From NCBI RefSeq assembly GCF_009914755.1, contig NC_060935.1: DNA of 64,000 nt, one strand, 5' to 3'. This document shows positions 63,158 to 64,000 of the stretch, in pieces (positions within the stretch are counted from its first letter, which is position 1; each line of letters starts with the position of its first letter). A program made the position numbers and the translations under genes. The notes beneath the pieces are model-generated. The model ran no database searches, was not told the origin of the DNA, and saw only the letters and a list, made by a program, of their open reading frames with translations. This DNA is from the human T2T-CHM13v2.0 reference genome, Homo sapiens.

Positions 63158-64000
63158 CAGGCATGCCTCATTTTCTTTGCTTTATTGCACCATATATCTA
63201 TATCTATATAGATATATATACTGTGTGTGTATATATTTTTTAACAAGTTGAAGATTTGTGACAACCCTGCAAAGAGCAAGTCTATTGGCAGCATTTTTCC
63301 AGCAGCAGATACTTATTTCCCATCTCATGTCACGTTTTGGTAATCCTTACAATATTTCACACGTTTTCATTAATATTGAATCTGTTACAGTGATCTGTGA
63401 TCAGTGATATTGATGCTACTATTATTGTTTTAGAGAATCACAAATCATGCCCAAATATAAACCATGAACTCAATTGATAAATGCTGTGTATGTATGTTCT
63501 GCCTGCTCCACCAGCCAGCCCTTCCCCTGACTCTCCCTCCCCTTTGGACTTCTTATTCCCTGAGACAAAATAGTATTGAAACTAAGCCAATTAATAACCC
63601 TACAAGGGCCTCTAAGTGTTCAGATGAAAGAAAGAGTTGCACGTCTCTCACTTTAAATCAAAAGCTACAAATGATTAAGCTTAGTGAGGAAAGCATGAAG
63701 AAAGCCAATAAATAATGAAAGAACGGCCTCTTATTCCAAACTGTTAACAAAGGAAAAGTTCTTGAAAGAAATTAAAAGTGTTACTCCAGTGAACATATGA
63801 ATTATAAGAAAGTAAAACAGCCTTATTGCTGATATGGAGAAAGTTTTAGTAATCTGAATAGAAGACCAAACCAGCCACATTCTCTCAAGCTAAAGACTAA
63901 TCAAGAGAAAGGTCCTAACTTTCTTCAGTTCTACAAAGGCTGAGAGAGGTGAAGAAGCTGCAGAAGAAAAGTGTGAAGTTATTAGAAGTTGGTTCATGAG
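63158..64000 (+). mobile_element. Tigger1 5' part with decayed transposase
   Basis: TA|CAGGCATGCCTC terminus; peptide ASKCSDERKSCTSLTLNQKLQMIKLSEE; start codon mutated (ACAAGGGCC) and the frame stops early. Confidence 0.9.

Noticed and set aside
63464-63715. Possible domesticated Tigger transposase
   Set aside because: Start codon lost and the frame stops early; an ordinary decayed Tigger1.

Overview
Human, AT-rich, repeat-dense genomic DNA with no supportable protein-coding exon; an AluYb8 with its diagnostic 7-bp duplication is the evidence for human origin. The main feature is the 5' end of a minus-strand gene with two alternative non-coding first exons (~14916-15123 and 12621-~12856), each with a TATA box and a GTAAG donor. 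I recognise the downstream exon from memory as the GRM5 (mGluR5) 5'UTR; confirm by BLAT, since part of 11q14 has a paralogous copy on 11p11. Bases 1-12620 are then intron 1, with the coding exon left of the window. About 49 kb upstream is intergenic and filled with L1, L2, MIR, Alu, ERVL/MaLR LTRs and DNA transposons. I found no new multi-gene system. The most unusual observations are: a ~70-bp 5'-inverted L1 insertion between the two promoters; a self-complementary (TC)16(TG)11(AG)22 microsatellite; two local inverted duplications of ancient repeats; a REST half-site pair with one half flipped; an exon-specific uORF; and a multiply rearranged L1PA with a short 3' transduction. Repeat subfamily names and old-repeat boundaries are from recalled consensus sequences and are approximate.
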